A DNA stretch of 64,000 nt, taken from the NCBI GenBank assembly GCA_019358915.1, contig JAHHIM010000006.1, forward strand, positions 96,001-160,000. Direction: 5' to 3'. The translations under genes were made by a program, and so were the position numbers. Positions 27,396 to 38,126 of this stretch are shown in pieces. The notes below the pieces were generated by a model that saw only the letters and a list, made by a program, of their open reading frames with translations, searched no databases and was not told the origin of the DNA. The DNA is from Trichormus sp. ATA11-4-KO1. Its GTDB lineage: Bacteria; Cyanobacteriota; Cyanobacteriia; Cyanobacteriales; Nostocaceae. Position 1 is the stretch's first letter; each line of letters begins with the position of its first letter.

Positions 27396-27980
27396 ATGGT
27401 CAAACAGGCGACTCTTCAATCGAATAAAATTCCCACGGTTGAAGACGCCAAATTTTCACTTGACAACCATAATGTGCAAAATCAAGTCATTGCTTCCGCT
27501 AAACGGGGCGAGTTTGAGGAAGTCTTTGACGCCACTAAGGTAGATGTACCTACTTGTATTTGTCTAAATTTAGAAGATTTGAAATGTTTTGAAACTGTCG
27601 AGCGTCAGTATGAACACTGGGGTGTAATTTTTCATAATTCCCTAGCAATACAACCATCAAATCCAGCGTTTCCTACCCATTCAGGACTGACAGTATTGAT
27701 GGGTTCACCCAAAGGCGGATTTTTAGAAGCGACATTCTTGCGTCCTGTTAATTGGGTTAGTGTTTTTGTTACCAGTTCGCAGAGGCTGGTTCTTTCCGCT
27801 TACGATCGCGATCGCCAAGTCCTGGCACAAACAATACTTCCCAGCGCCAACCTCGCCAATTCTGACTCAGTATTACCCCCCAATTCCCTCTTATCAATCA
27901 CAGCCAAGAATATCCACTCTGTCACCTTCTGCGCTTTTGATGGTCAATTCACCCTAGATAATTTTCGTTTTTGTATCTAA
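27396..27980 (+). CDS. Conserved hypothetical protein
   Basis: 194-aa ATG ORF with beta-rich composition; no motif recognised. Confidence 0.7.
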   Translation: MVKQATLQSNKIPTVEDAKFSLDNHNVQNQVIASAKRGEFEEVFDATKVDVPTCICLNLEDLKCFETVERQYEHWGVIFHNSLAIQPSNPAFPTHSGLTVLMGSPKGGFLEATFLRPVNWVSVFVTSSQRLVLSAYDRDRQVLAQTILPSANLANSDSVLPPNSLLSITAKNIHSVTFCAFDGQFTLDNFRFCI

Positions 27981-28078
27981 TCACAACTGGAAAAATTCAG
28001 CGAAAAACTTGCTTTTCCTCGCCCTAGCCCAGTTATTCTTATACATTAGACAATATTGTGATTAGGTAGGTAAACACT

Positions 28079-28846
28079 GTGGCAAAGGCTTCATTTTCTT
28101 GGCAGCAACTGGTCAACCAGATTCCCCACTGGTCACTTTTAGAGTTCAAGACAGGAAGCCCAAAGCAAAGACCTTTCAAGCCTTTCGCTGGACCAGGAGG
28201 CATTCTGGGCTTTTTGACAATTATCGTTGCCATGCTGTTGTGGAACTGGAAACTGCTGTTGGCACTGCTGGTTGGCGTGGGGGTAATGTTGTTAGTCTAC
28301 TCAATGCAGAAATGGGACTGGCAACTATGCTGGTCACAGATGCGGCAATTTTTCAATAGCCCCAACCATCGTTTAGCCTTAGCGGTTGGTAGTGGAGGTA
28401 TCGCTACTGTTAGCACTTACATGGCAGCTGCCATTTGGGTCGACTCCAAAAGTTCTTGGATTGCTACTGGAATTATTTTGCAAGGTTTGGGGACGCTATT
28501 AACTTTAATTTTGTTGATATGGCAAATGGTCAGCTTTTATGGCAACCAGGAAGAAGACAACTTTGAGCGGTTGTTGGTCAATTTAACAGCACAAGACCCC
28601 TTGAAGCGTTTGATAGCCATACGTCAATTAACTAAAATTATCACTAGTAAGCGAATTGATTCCCAGATGCAGCAAGCAGCCGTCCCATGCTTGCAACTAT
28701 TACTAACTCAAGAGAAAGAAGCAGTCATCAGAGATGCAGCTTTAGAAAGTTTGCAAGCCTTGGATTATTTGCCAGTGCAACCATCCAGCAAAATGGCAAC
28801 TTTGATCCCTCTATCTACAAAATCTCAGGTTCGCATTTCTTCCTAA
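28079..28846 (+). CDS. Membrane protein with C-terminal HEAT/armadillo-like repeats
   Basis: Four hydrophobic segments, then DPLKRLIAIRQL...VIRDAALESL. Confidence 0.78.
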   Translation: MAKASFSWQQLVNQIPHWSLLEFKTGSPKQRPFKPFAGPGGILGFLTIIVAMLLWNWKLLLALLVGVGVMLLVYSMQKWDWQLCWSQMRQFFNSPNHRLALAVGSGGIATVSTYMAAAIWVDSKSSWIATGIILQGLGTLLTLILLIWQMVSFYGNQEEDNFERLLVNLTAQDPLKRLIAIRQLTKIITSKRIDSQMQQAAVPCLQLLLTQEKEAVIRDAALESLQALDYLPVQPSSKMATLIPLSTKSQVRISS

Positions 28847-28876
28847 TAAGCGGGCGAATTTGTATTTATTGAGATG

Positions 28877-29632
28877 CTAATGACTATGAACTCTTGGTGA
28901 TTGTCGATCAATTCGTCCATTGCGGACTTGCACTACTGGATGATTGCACCGACGCACTAGTTGTTCATCATGGGTAGTCACAATGACTGTTGCCCCAAAG
29001 GTATTTAACTTTTGGAGAATCTGCATTACTTGCCACGAATTATCTGGATCGAGGTTGCCTGTTGGCTCATCTGCCAAAATTAAAGGTGGTGTTCCCACGA
29101 TCGCCCGCGCAATACTTACGCGCTGTTGTTCTCCCCCAGACAATTGATCAGGAAAACAGTCGGCTTTAGACAGTAAACCTACTAGCTTCAAAGTTGGTTC
29201 TAAACGCCGTTGAATTTCCTTGCGGGTATACCCTTGAGCTTGCAGGACAAAAGTGACATTTTCTGCCACTGTGCGCTGGGGAATGAGTTTGTAATCTTGA
29301 AATACAATACCAATGCGTCGCCGCAATAATGACAAGCGATCGCCTCGCAAGGTTTTCACATTGCAGTCATCAACAATCACCTCGCCCTGTGTGGGTAGCT
29401 CTTCACCATATAACAGTTTTAAAAGAGTTGATTTACCAGAACCACTTGGCCCTGTGATAAACAGGAATTCTTTATGTTTAACCTCTAGACTCACATCCAA
29501 CAAAGCATGACAGCCATTAGTATAGGTTTTTGTGATGGAGTGTAATTGCACCATGGCATTAGCACCACGGCTGTGTTGTTGAGTTTTACTATCCTCTGTT
29601 TCAGTAGTTCTGGGAGTTATTAATACTGGCAT
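28877..29632 (-). CDS. ftsE: Cell division ATP-binding protein FtsE
   Basis: [48 protein letters not shown]. Confidence 0.9.
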   Translation of the reverse strand: MPVLITPRTTETEDSKTQQHSRGANAMVQLHSITKTYTNGCHALLDVSLEVKHKEFLFITGPSGSGKSTLLKLLYGEELPTQGEVIVDDCNVKTLRGDRLSLLRRRIGIVFQDYKLIPQRTVAENVTFVLQAQGYTRKEIQRRLEPTLKLVGLLSKADCFPDQLSGGEQQRVSIARAIVGTPPLILADEPTGNLDPDNSWQVMQILQKLNTFGATVIVTTHDEQLVRRCNHPVVQVRNGRIDRQSPRVHSH

Positions 29633-29811
29633 TGCTAGACTTTCCTCACATCCTCAATCACATAGTGGGAAGTTGGCGATTTGAAATTCACCTTAAAACA
29701 AGGATTCCCAGGCAGTACCAGGGAATCTCAAATCTCAAGTCCAAAAATGAAAATTTTTTGAAGCTCTGAATATTTAGTAAGTAATAACACTCAGAAAGGA
29801 AGCACTCAGCA

Positions 29812-30561
29812 CTAAATAGCACCCCTAACAGTCAACCGATAAACAAAGGCTTTAACCGCAAACTCTGGCAAAGCCAACATCCGCCGCCAACGCCAGGGTT
29901 CTTGATAAAGCCGATACAGCCATTCCAAGTTATTATTTGCTAACCAAGCAGGAGCGCGAGTTTTTGTCCCCGACCAAATATCAAAACTGCCACCAACACC
30001 AATCCAAATCGCTTGGGGGCACAAATGGCGATTTTGGGCAATCCATAATTCTTGCCGTGGTACTCCCAAACCCACAAAAATCACTTGTGGCTGTAATTGA
30101 GCAAGTGTTTGTTTTAATTGCTCTTCTTCTTCTGGGGTATGGTAGCCGGAGTTAGTACCTGCTAGGTTCAAACTAGGGATTTGTTGCTGCCAAAACTCTG
30201 CTGCTTTTGCCGCGACTCCCGGCGCTCCCCCATAAAAGAATATTCTGGCATCTGTCTGCTGCCCAAGGTATTGCAATAAGGTTTCTGCTAGCTCAATCCC
30301 CGGACAACGTTGCACTTTTTGCCAGCAAAGCCACCGCAAATACAGAACTACCCCTGCGCCATCTGGAATCACTAACTCGGCATTTTGAATTACTTGAGCG
30401 AGGGAACTATTTCGTTCTGCCTGCATAGTCATTTCTGCATTGAGCGTGACTACATGAGTACCTTTGCTGTGTTGCAGGCATTCTCGCAACCAGCCTGGAT
30501 AGTTACTCATAACATGAACTGGTATTCCCAGTACTGAAAACACTTTAGGCTGTTTAGACAT
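29812..30561 (-). CDS. WecB/TagA/CpsF glycosyltransferase
   Basis: VTLNAE, PDGAGV, VGLGVPRQE, GVGGSFD, RAP, LEWLYRL. Confidence 0.93.
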   Translation of the reverse strand: MSKQPKVFSVLGIPVHVMSNYPGWLRECLQHSKGTHVVTLNAEMTMQAERNSSLAQVIQNAELVIPDGAGVVLYLRWLCWQKVQRCPGIELAETLLQYLGQQTDARIFFYGGAPGVAAKAAEFWQQQIPSLNLAGTNSGYHTPEEEEQLKQTLAQLQPQVIFVGLGVPRQELWIAQNRHLCPQAIWIGVGGSFDIWSGTKTRAPAWLANNNLEWLYRLYQEPWRWRRMLALPEFAVKAFVYRLTVRGAI

Positions 30562-31086
30562 GGCCTTATTCTTGATTAGACTCGCACCAAATTCCCTCGA
30601 ACGATAGTCTATCAAATTTTTTAATAGGTTGTCTGTGGAAAATTTAGCTAATTGGCAGGGGAAAACTAGGTAAATTACCTACCTTATATGATTGCTTTGT
30701 TTACAATGCGACCGTATACTGAAAAATGAATATATAAAAATATCTTATTATTTATCAATAAGTATTTATCAGCGATTTTTGACAAATTTCTGGCAACACA
30801 AACTAAAAAGTATGGGGTTGAGCTAGGGTTATCTCATATTGTAAGTTCACACACCTGCCACAATAGAAATCAGAATTCAGTAAATTGGCACTATAAAAAG
30901 TGCTTCCTGCCTAAGTGCTAAGTAAAAATACTAGTCTTTAGCGTCTTTTTCATATTTGGGGTAAATGCCCACTAATTTTATTATTGAAGTGTTTTGTACA
31001 AATGACTTTAAACTGCATTTTCTATATAAGACTTTTGAATGAACTCAATTTTAAAGTTAAGGTAATGTAACTTGCGGAAGCTGACT

Positions 31087-31806
31087 ATGAGTAAAATTCG
31101 GATTGCTCTGATTGAAGATCACGACCTTACCCGTGTAGGTATTCGGACAGCTTTACTACAAAAGGAAGAAATTGAAGTTGTAGGAGAAGCTGCTAATGCG
31201 GCAGAAGGTCTGAAAATGTTAAAAAAGCTACAACCAGATATTGCGATTGTAGATATTGGTTTACCAGATAAGGATGGTATTGAACTGACACGGGAATTGA
31301 AAGCTCTCACTAATGGTGGAGATTCATCAACAAAGGTGTTAATTTTAACACTTCAGGATAATAAAGAAGCCGTGCTAGCAGCTTTTGCAGCTGGGGCAGA
31401 CTCTTACTGTATGAAAGATATCAAGTTTGATAATTTACTGGAAGCCGTGCGAGTAACTTACAATGGCAACGCTTGGATCGATCCAGCGATCGCACGCATT
31501 GTATTACAACAAGCCCAACAAAATCCCTCTAAACTAGAAACGGTTGCCGCAGACCAAAAAAATCCTTCCCAGAACTTAGAATCTGAGGAGGATTTGGAAA
31601 TGATAGACTCTTACACCCTGACAGAGAGGGAATTAGAAGTGTTACAGTTAATCGTCGAGGGTTGTAGCAATGCAGTTATTGCCGAACGCCTATACATCAC
31701 AGTCGGAACTGTGAAAACACACGTCCGGAATATTTTGAATAAGCTATGCGCCGATGACCGTACCCAAGCAGCCGTACGCGCCTTGCGTTCTGGATTAGTG
31801 GGATAA
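31087..31806 (+). CDS. NarL/FixJ-family response regulator
   Basis: IEDH, VDIGLPD, LTERELEVL...TVKTHVRNILNKL. Confidence 0.94.
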   Translation: MSKIRIALIEDHDLTRVGIRTALLQKEEIEVVGEAANAAEGLKMLKKLQPDIAIVDIGLPDKDGIELTRELKALTNGGDSSTKVLILTLQDNKEAVLAAFAAGADSYCMKDIKFDNLLEAVRVTYNGNAWIDPAIARIVLQQAQQNPSKLETVAADQKNPSQNLESEEDLEMIDSYTLTERELEVLQLIVEGCSNAVIAERLYITVGTVKTHVRNILNKLCADDRTQAAVRALRSGLVG

Positions 31807-31975
31807 ACTTTTGTATTTACTTGAGCAAACACCAGGAAGTTGAAAGCTTTAAGTAAATTTATCCGTTCAAAATGGGTAACTTATCTTTAAGGATTACTTT
31901 TTAATCTTTTAGTTATCGGGTGAGATAAAAATTGCACTATCTCGCTATTTAATTATCAAAAATTTTAAAGTCAAT

Positions 31976-33649
31976 ATGACTGAGACAGAGATAGGCAAAC
32001 TCAAGCTCATGGTAGTAGATGATGAGCTGGATAACTTAGATTTACTCTACCGTACTTTTAGGCGAGATTTTCAAGTATATAAAGCTAATCATGCCCTGAG
32101 TGCGCTGGAAATTTTGGACAAAGAAGGCGAGATGGCTGTGATTATCTCGGATCAAAGAATGCCGGAAATGAACGGCACCGAATTTCTCAGTCGCACAGTG
32201 GAGCGCTTTCCTGATACAATCCGAATTTTACTGACTGGTTTTACTGATGTGGAAGATTTGGTGGATGCCATTAACTCCGGTCAAGTATTTAAGTACATCA
32301 CCAAACCCTGGAGTCCCGAACAACTGAAAGTAATTGTTGACCAAGCTACTGATACATACCGTGTAGTTAAGAAACGTACCCGTGAGTTGCGTCGCGCTCT
32401 GCGGCGAGAGTCTTTATTTAATGCGGTGACAACGGCAATTCGGGAATCCCTAAATTATGACAGTATGCTGGAAAAGATTGTGGCCACAATTGGACAAACA
32501 TTTGCCGCTACTTGTTGTTTACTCAGACCTGTGGAGAGCGATCGCTTAACAGAAGACCAATTTTGCTATCAAGATCCTCAATCTAGTTTACCTTGTTGTG
32601 CCTATAATCCCAGTCTTTTAATTGCAAAAGTTCTGGAAACTCGCCATTATCAACTTACCCAAGATACATATGATGGTAATCCCTGTCACCACCTGGTTGT
32701 GCCACTTTTATACCAGCAACACCTGTTAGCTGTCCTAGCTATCTACCAGTGGGGAAACGAGCAACCTTGGCAAGACGAAGAAATTCAACTAATTGCAGGT
32801 GTTGCCGAACAAGCAGCCTTAGCCCTCTCCCAAGCCAAGCTCTATCAACGCCTCCAGGAAAAGCAACAACAGCTCAGCACTGAATTGGAGGTCGCCCGCC
32901 AAATTCAAAACAACTTGCTACGCCAAACTTTACCGGATATTACAGGTGCCAAGCTACAAGCCTGCTGTTACCCGGCTCGTGAAGTGGGAGGAGATTTTTT
33001 TGAAGTGTTTATTCATCCCAAAGGCGATTTATGGTTGGCAGTCGGTGATGTTTCCGGCAAAGGTGTGCCAGCTGCTTTATTTATGGCTAGTGCTATTTCC
33101 GTATTGCGCCGGGAATTATCTCAAGAAACGCCAGCCGAACCAAATGTGGTGGTAAGTAATCTCAACAGCGCTCTTTGTGATGATTTAATTGGCAATAATT
33201 GCTTTATTACCCTCGTCTTAGCCCGTTATACGCCTACTACCAAAGAAATAGTCTACGCCAATGCTGGTCATATATATCCCCTGCTTTGGTCAGGCTCAGC
33301 CAATGTAGCCGCAAACCCCGATTATCTGAAGGTGCGCGGTATTCCTTTGGGTATCTTACCTCAGTGGCAAGCACAGTCTGGTCGGTTGGTTCTTGCTGCT
33401 GGAAATACTTTACTGCTAGCTAGTGATGGAATTACAGAAGCAATGGTATCTAATAAATTATTAGATACGGCAAAAACCGAGGGTAGCCTCCAGTCAATGA
33501 ACCGTTCTATGCTGAATCAGGAAGGTCTTTGGCAACTTCTACAAAAGGAACCCCAACCGCTTTCTCTGAACAATTTACTAGCTCGCATCCAGGCAGATAA
33601 TCACGTTCAAGAAGATGATCAAACTATACTTTCACTGGAGGTTTTGTAA
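31976..33649 (+). CDS. REC-GAF-PP2C (SpoIIE/RsbU-like) phosphatase
   Basis: ISDQRMP receiver, GAF region, EVGGDFF, GDVSGKG, NAGH, SDGITEA, EDDQT. Confidence 0.93.
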   Translation: MTETEIGKLKLMVVDDELDNLDLLYRTFRRDFQVYKANHALSALEILDKEGEMAVIISDQRMPEMNGTEFLSRTVERFPDTIRILLTGFTDVEDLVDAINSGQVFKYITKPWSPEQLKVIVDQATDTYRVVKKRTRELRRALRRESLFNAVTTAIRESLNYDSMLEKIVATIGQTFAATCCLLRPVESDRLTEDQFCYQDPQSSLPCCAYNPSLLIAKVLETRHYQLTQDTYDGNPCHHLVVPLLYQQHLLAVLAIYQWGNEQPWQDEEIQLIAGVAEQAALALSQAKLYQRLQEKQQQLSTELEVARQIQNNLLRQTLPDITGAKLQACCYPAREVGGDFFEVFIHPKGDLWLAVGDVSGKGVPAALFMASAISVLRRELSQETPAEPNVVVSNLNSALCDDLIGNNCFITLVLARYTPTTKEIVYANAGHIYPLLWSGSANVAANPDYLKVRGIPLGILPQWQAQSGRLVLAAGNTLLLASDGITEAMVSNKLLDTAKTEGSLQSMNRSMLNQEGLWQLLQKEPQPLSLNNLLARIQADNHVQEDDQTILSLEVL

Positions 33650-33652
33650 GTA

Positions 33653-34078
33653 ATGAAAAGTGAGCTTCATGTACCAAGTGACTTGAGTTATTTAAACATT
33701 GTTGAAAGCTGGTTGCTGGGATGCTTAAAAATTCAGCTCAAAGAATCGGTTGATTGGTCACGGCAATCAAGTCGTTTGCGGTTAGCTTTGGTAGAAGCAT
33801 ACTCAAATGTAGTCCGTCATGCCCACAAAGAACAGCCGAATTTACCAATTCTACTGCGTTTGGAACTAAAAGACCGAGATATTGCCATAGAAATTTGGGA
33901 CTATGGCGAAGGCTTTGATATGTCTACATATTTGCCGCCCAACCCTACAGAAAAACAAGAAGGCGGCTATGGTTGGCTAATTATGAATCGTTTGATGGAT
34001 AATGTGGAGTACCAGTTACAAGTTAATGGCGCTAACTGTCTTAAGTTAGAAGCTACCATACCCGAACTAGTTAATTGA
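33653..34078 (+). CDS. RsbW-like anti-sigma / Ser kinase (HATPase_c_2)
   Basis: LALVEAYSNVVRHA, WDYGEGFD, EGGYGWLIMNRLMD. Confidence 0.9.
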   Translation: MKSELHVPSDLSYLNIVESWLLGCLKIQLKESVDWSRQSSRLRLALVEAYSNVVRHAHKEQPNLPILLRLELKDRDIAIEIWDYGEGFDMSTYLPPNPTEKQEGGYGWLIMNRLMDNVEYQLQVNGANCLKLEATIPELVN

Positions 34079-34313
34079 CAATTTTGAATACTTAGATTGT
34101 GGATTACCGGACTTTGTAAGTATTCTCTACGCTCACTTGCAGAAAAATTCTGGTAAACCATCCACAGCAATTATCCTTTGATGACTAAGGCGATAAAAAG
34201 CTCTAGAGAGAGTTGCTGGAATCGCACCGTAGTGTCGCTGCTAGTTGATTTTTGGTCACGCATCGTTTGCCTATGTGTTCAAATGCAGTAAATATGCCGC
34301 TAATCAGATCTGT

Positions 34314-34550
34314 TCAGGTTGGTACAAGCTGCGGCTCTAATGAACAGACCAACGCCTTGACACGTGATACAATCCGTAATTCATGAGGATAGCGAGGACG
34401 CGGGTCATTGACTAACCACACAGGCGGTACCATCATTGCTTCATAGAAGTCAATTACATAAAAGACTCCCGGTTGCGCTTTCAATTCTACAACCGATCCT
34501 GGTAGATACTCAAACGCTTCATCCCAATCGGTTGCTGTCTCAAAGTTCAT
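34314..34550 (-). CDS. Small hypothetical protein
   Basis: 78-aa ATG ORF with globular composition (PGSVVEL...PPVWLVNDPRPRYP). Confidence 0.6.
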   Translation of the reverse strand: MNFETATDWDEAFEYLPGSVVELKAQPGVFYVIDFYEAMMVPPVWLVNDPRPRYPHELRIVSRVKALVCSLEPQLVPT

Positions 34551-34606
34551 AAATATTAAATCAAATTATTGATCTGTGAAGATGGCGATCGCTTTCCATC
34601 TGAAAA

Positions 34607-34855
34607 TTAACAGTAGAAATCACTTCTGTTTAACAGTATTTCGCCGTGGCTAGGAACCCAAGCAATCCAAGTGTCCTGCGATTCCTGGCATAGTAGCAGT
34701 GCTTCGTCAAAACTATATTCATTGGGAAGTTGAAGCAACTTGACCCACGAGTCGCGATTATAGGTAATTTTGCAGACAGGATTCCAGGTGGGCGCATTTG
34801 TATCCTGAATTTCTGGAAGCAGTGGGCAGGTTAGATAAGTGGATCGAAGTAGCAT
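34607..34855 (-). CDS. Small hypothetical protein
   Basis: 82-aa ATG ORF with AGAGG RBS-like sequence; WVKLL...YSFDEALLLC...WIAWVP. Confidence 0.65.
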   Translation of the reverse strand: MLLRSTYLTCPLLPEIQDTNAPTWNPVCKITYNRDSWVKLLQLPNEYSFDEALLLCQESQDTWIAWVPSHGEILLNRSDFYC

Positions 34856-34944
34856 TTTCTGCCTCTGTTTCGCTAAAGAAATTTGGCTTGAGGCAACCTA
34901 CCCCACCGAGCTAAGGGACGAATTTAAGGCAGGTTGTTTTATTC

Positions 34945-34960
34945 TGTATCTATTGTTACA
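34945..34960. promoter_or_regulatory. Candidate NtcA-binding site
   Basis: TGTA-TCTATTGT-TACA matches GTA-N8-TAC with T/A flanks. Confidence 0.5.
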
Positions 34961-35344
34961 GTTTTTAGTTTATAAATTTTTTTCTTTTGCATAATTTTAC
35001 AAACTGCCAAAAATTTCTGTGTGTGATGCCGAATGTTAACGCATGACACAAGATTAAAACCCGCAATCACAGAGGACTAGAGCTAGTTTATTAATAAATC
35101 TTAATAAAGTTACTAATTTTTGCTAAATTTATTTGATTTATCAGGAGCAATTATTAAATACTAAAAATATGAAGAGTGCTGAGTAAGATCAAGCCTTACT
35201 GCTGAATTTACAGCAGAAGACAAACTAATGCTTTGTTAAGACCAGAGGTAATTAGCAGCATATCCCTACAATCCTCAGTGTAGATTCTCAGGGTTGTCAA
35301 TGGGTAAAAATAATCCTCAGTAAACCAAAGTCATGCCTTAATCT

Positions 35345-35785
35345 ATGGAAGCTTTATTTTGTTTGTCACCACGCTATCGCCTTGATGATGAATCACCTTG
35401 GCTAGAGGGTATCGACCCCAGTCGTCATTACTGGATTGCCGTGAATGGAGACAGGAATATAACAGTAGCTGTACCTGGGTTAGTAGTTGAGTCAATGAGC
35501 GAATTAGGACAGGCTATTCGCCAGTTTCGCTCTTTACAGCCGGGAGAACAAATGACTTTAAATAGAATTGCCAGAGCTTGTACTATTTACTGTGTCAGTT
35601 CCAATTGCTATGCAGTAGCAGACCAGATCAATGATGCTCCAGTTTGGCATCTGTTTGATCAAGAAACTTTAGATAGTTTATTGATGACAGCACACCCAGA
35701 GTGGCAATGTGCGCCATCAGATATTGAATTAGGTCGGAGATTGCTATTGCGTTCTTTACAAGAACCAAGCGCCGTTAAGAAATAA
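35345..35785 (+). CDS. Conserved hypothetical protein
   Basis: 146-aa ORF (LSPRYRLDDE...WHLFD...TAHPEWQC). Confidence 0.72.
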   Translation: MEALFCLSPRYRLDDESPWLEGIDPSRHYWIAVNGDRNITVAVPGLVVESMSELGQAIRQFRSLQPGEQMTLNRIARACTIYCVSSNCYAVADQINDAPVWHLFDQETLDSLLMTAHPEWQCAPSDIELGRRLLLRSLQEPSAVKK

Positions 35786-35799
35786 GAAAATTCAACATG

Positions 35800-36231
35800 C
35801 TATGCTTCCCGACGTAAGGAAAGTAAATCTTGGGGAGAAGCTATGAGTTTGATTTTGGCGCTGATAATTTGCTGTTGTTGGTTGAGGATAAATAGCCAAA
35901 GAACGTTGACACCACACCAAGAAGTTTGTGCCTTACCTGTGACTTGAACTTGGATTTGGCCATTTTCTAAAGTCTCAATAATTCCTTGACGGGGATGAGC
36001 TTGAATATTTCCAGCTTCTTGTTGTAAATAGGTAGCGATCGCATCTGTCCCTACAATACCAGATTCAAAGGGCGGATACATCACACCGTCATCAGTAAAT
36101 AAAGCAGCAGTCGCCTGAAATTCCCCAGCGTTGAGAGTTTCAAAGTAACCTAAGATGTTGGGTGCGGAAATGCCCTCAATTTGCAATTCTTCTTTGGCTG
36201 TAGTTGTCGTTAAAGATTCAGCAGCTGTCAT
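35800..36231 (-). CDS. OCP C-terminal domain homolog (CTDH, NTF2-like)
   Basis: YFETLNAGEF...LF...PPFESGIVG...VTGKAQTSWCGVNV; downstream of an HCP. Confidence 0.9.
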   Translation of the reverse strand: MTAAESLTTTTAKEELQIEGISAPNILGYFETLNAGEFQATAALFTDDGVMYPPFESGIVGTDAIATYLQQEAGNIQAHPRQGIIETLENGQIQVQVTGKAQTSWCGVNVLWLFILNQQQQIISAKIKLIASPQDLLSLRREA

Positions 36232-36353
36232 AGCATCACCTTGATCACACTAGCTGAACATCTATTGGAATCCAAAATTAAATATAAAGCAAGTTGCTGT
36301 CGATATAGATGATCAATATTCCCCATGAAAGATGAACAATTGCTTAAGAAAGA

Positions 36354-36383
36354 GTGTTTCCCAGGCGGACACCTGGGAAATAC
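36354..36383 (-). terminator. Stem-loop between HCP and CTDH
   Basis: GTGTTTCCCAGG/CCTGGGAAATAC with a U-rich tail on the minus strand. Confidence 0.55.
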
Positions 36384-36425
36384 AAGTTGCACAACATTGA
36401 GGTTGGGAAGATATCGACAAATAAT

Positions 36426-36947
36426 TTAGTTATAGAAGGGGTCAGTACCCATCTCAGCTACTACCTGGCGAAGAACTGTGATTTGTTGACCAAAATCTAG
36501 TTGCTTGATTGCTTCGAGTACTTGTACTCCATCCCGAGAAAGTTGATAGCCAGCTGGCATGGGTACAACAAATCCTTGTACCATCAATTCTGATAACTCA
36601 TACCAGAAAGCTAACTTGGTGTTATTGCTGAGAATACCGTAAGAGCGGGAAATTTGAGTATTTCTTTTAGCAGCCAGGTCACGCATAACATTTAATTGCT
36701 CTGCATGAGACATTTGCTTGATTTGATTGAGTAGACCTGCGGCTATTTGTAAACGAGCCGCACCTGTAGCGGCTGGTGTAATAGAACGTCCCATTTCTGT
36801 GTAAGCATACCAAAGCACTGCTAACTGGTCATCTACACTGAGACTTTGGAACACAGCCTTAGTGGAGGTAACAGCATCACCAGGCCGGTTACCGTAATTC
36901 AAAGCGTTAGACAAGCGAGTTGAAGCGGAATCAGAAGTGAATGTCAT
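36426..36947 (-). CDS. Helical carotenoid protein (OCP N-terminal domain homolog, HCP4-like)
   Basis: LSVDDQLAVLWYAYTEMGRSITPAA, KLAFWYEL, LDFGQQITVLR. True start MTFTSD at 36947. Confidence 0.92.
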   Translation of the reverse strand: MTFTSDSASTRLSNALNYGNRPGDAVTSTKAVFQSLSVDDQLAVLWYAYTEMGRSITPAATGAARLQIAAGLLNQIKQMSHAEQLNVMRDLAAKRNTQISRSYGILSNNTKLAFWYELSELMVQGFVVPMPAGYQLSRDGVQVLEAIKQLDFGQQITVLRQVVAEMGTDPFYN

Positions 36948-37166
36948 GATGGCACCACAATTGATGAGTTTAAGTAGGCAGGTAATCAATGTGAGGTTTA
37001 CATTACCCTGGGTTACTTTACCTCTTTGTCTATATTCTGCATTATTTCTTAACAAATGGCAAATAAAATTTACATATAGGTATGGTAATGAATATTGAAC
37101 AAAGTCAATGGATGCATAATGTATAAAGAAGCAGCCCAGAATTGCAGCCAAATTCAGATAAGCGAA

Positions 37167-38126
37167 ATGAATCAGTATTATGTCACCAGCAGCAGTATAG
37201 TCAAAGAAAAAGCCAAAGAATTGGGATTTCACAAAGTAGGAATTGCTGCTGTAGATAGGGGAGATAATACAGACGCACAGAGATTGCAAGCATGGATAAC
37301 CCTGGGTTATCACGCTGATATGGAATGGATGAATAACCCGAAGCGTCAAGATATTAGCTTAATCATGCCAGAAGCGCGATCGCTAGTATGTGTTGCTCTC
37401 AATTACTACACACCAGATCAACGTCCTGAAGGCGAGGAATATGCCAAAATCTCTCGTTATGGCTGGGGTAGAGACTATCATAAGGTGATGCACAAAAAGC
37501 TCAAGGCTTTGACTACCTGGCTAGAATCACTCAATCCAAATGTTGAAGCTAGATATTATGCAGACACTGGCCCGGTACAAGATAAAGTTTGGGCACAACG
37601 CGCTGGCATTGGTTGGATTGCCAAAAATGGTAATGTAATCACCAGAGAGTATGGCTCTTGGGTATTTTTGGGAGAGGTATTGACAAATCTGGAACTAGAG
37701 AGCGATCGCCCACATACAGAACACTGTGGAAGTTGTACTCGTTGTCTAGAAGCTTGTCCCACAGGTGCAATTACCCAGCCGTTTGTAGTCGATGCTAATC
37801 GCTGCATCGCCTATCATACCATCGAAAATCGGGCGGAAAACTTACCAGAGACAATCACAGCCAATTTACAGGGCTGGGTTGCTGGTTGTGATATTTGCCA
37901 AGACGTTTGTCCTTGGAACCAGCGTTTTGCCCAGACAACAGATGTGGTAGATTTTCAGCCTTATCCTGCCAATCTTGCGCCCCAGCTGATAGAATTAGCC
38001 CAAATCTCAAATGAGGAGTGGGATCAACAATTTCCGGCATCAGCGTTGCGGCGGATTAAGCCAGAAATGTTAAGAAGAAATGCCCGTGCTAATCTTGACG
38101 CATCCGAACATAAGCATGACCAATAA
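37167..38126 (+). CDS. queG: Epoxyqueuosine reductase
   Basis: ISRYGWGRDYH, DTGPV, CGSCTRCLEACPTGA, GCDICQDVCPWN. Confidence 0.95.
   Translation: MNQYYVTSSSIVKEKAKELGFHKVGIAAVDRGDNTDAQRLQAWITLGYHADMEWMNNPKRQDISLIMPEARSLVCVALNYYTPDQRPEGEEYAKISRYGWGRDYHKVMHKKLKALTTWLESLNPNVEARYYADTGPVQDKVWAQRAGIGWIAKNGNVITREYGSWVFLGEVLTNLELESDRPHTEHCGSCTRCLEACPTGAITQPFVVDANRCIAYHTIENRAENLPETITANLQGWVAGCDICQDVCPWNQRFAQTTDVVDFQPYPANLAPQLIELAQISNEEWDQQFPASALRRIKPEMLRRNARANLDASEHKHDQ

Noticed and set aside
36948..37349. 134-aa N-terminal extension of the HCP (apparent novel fusion)
   Set aside because: It overlaps queG on the opposite strand and the AT-rich promoter; HCP homology starts at MTFTSD (36947).
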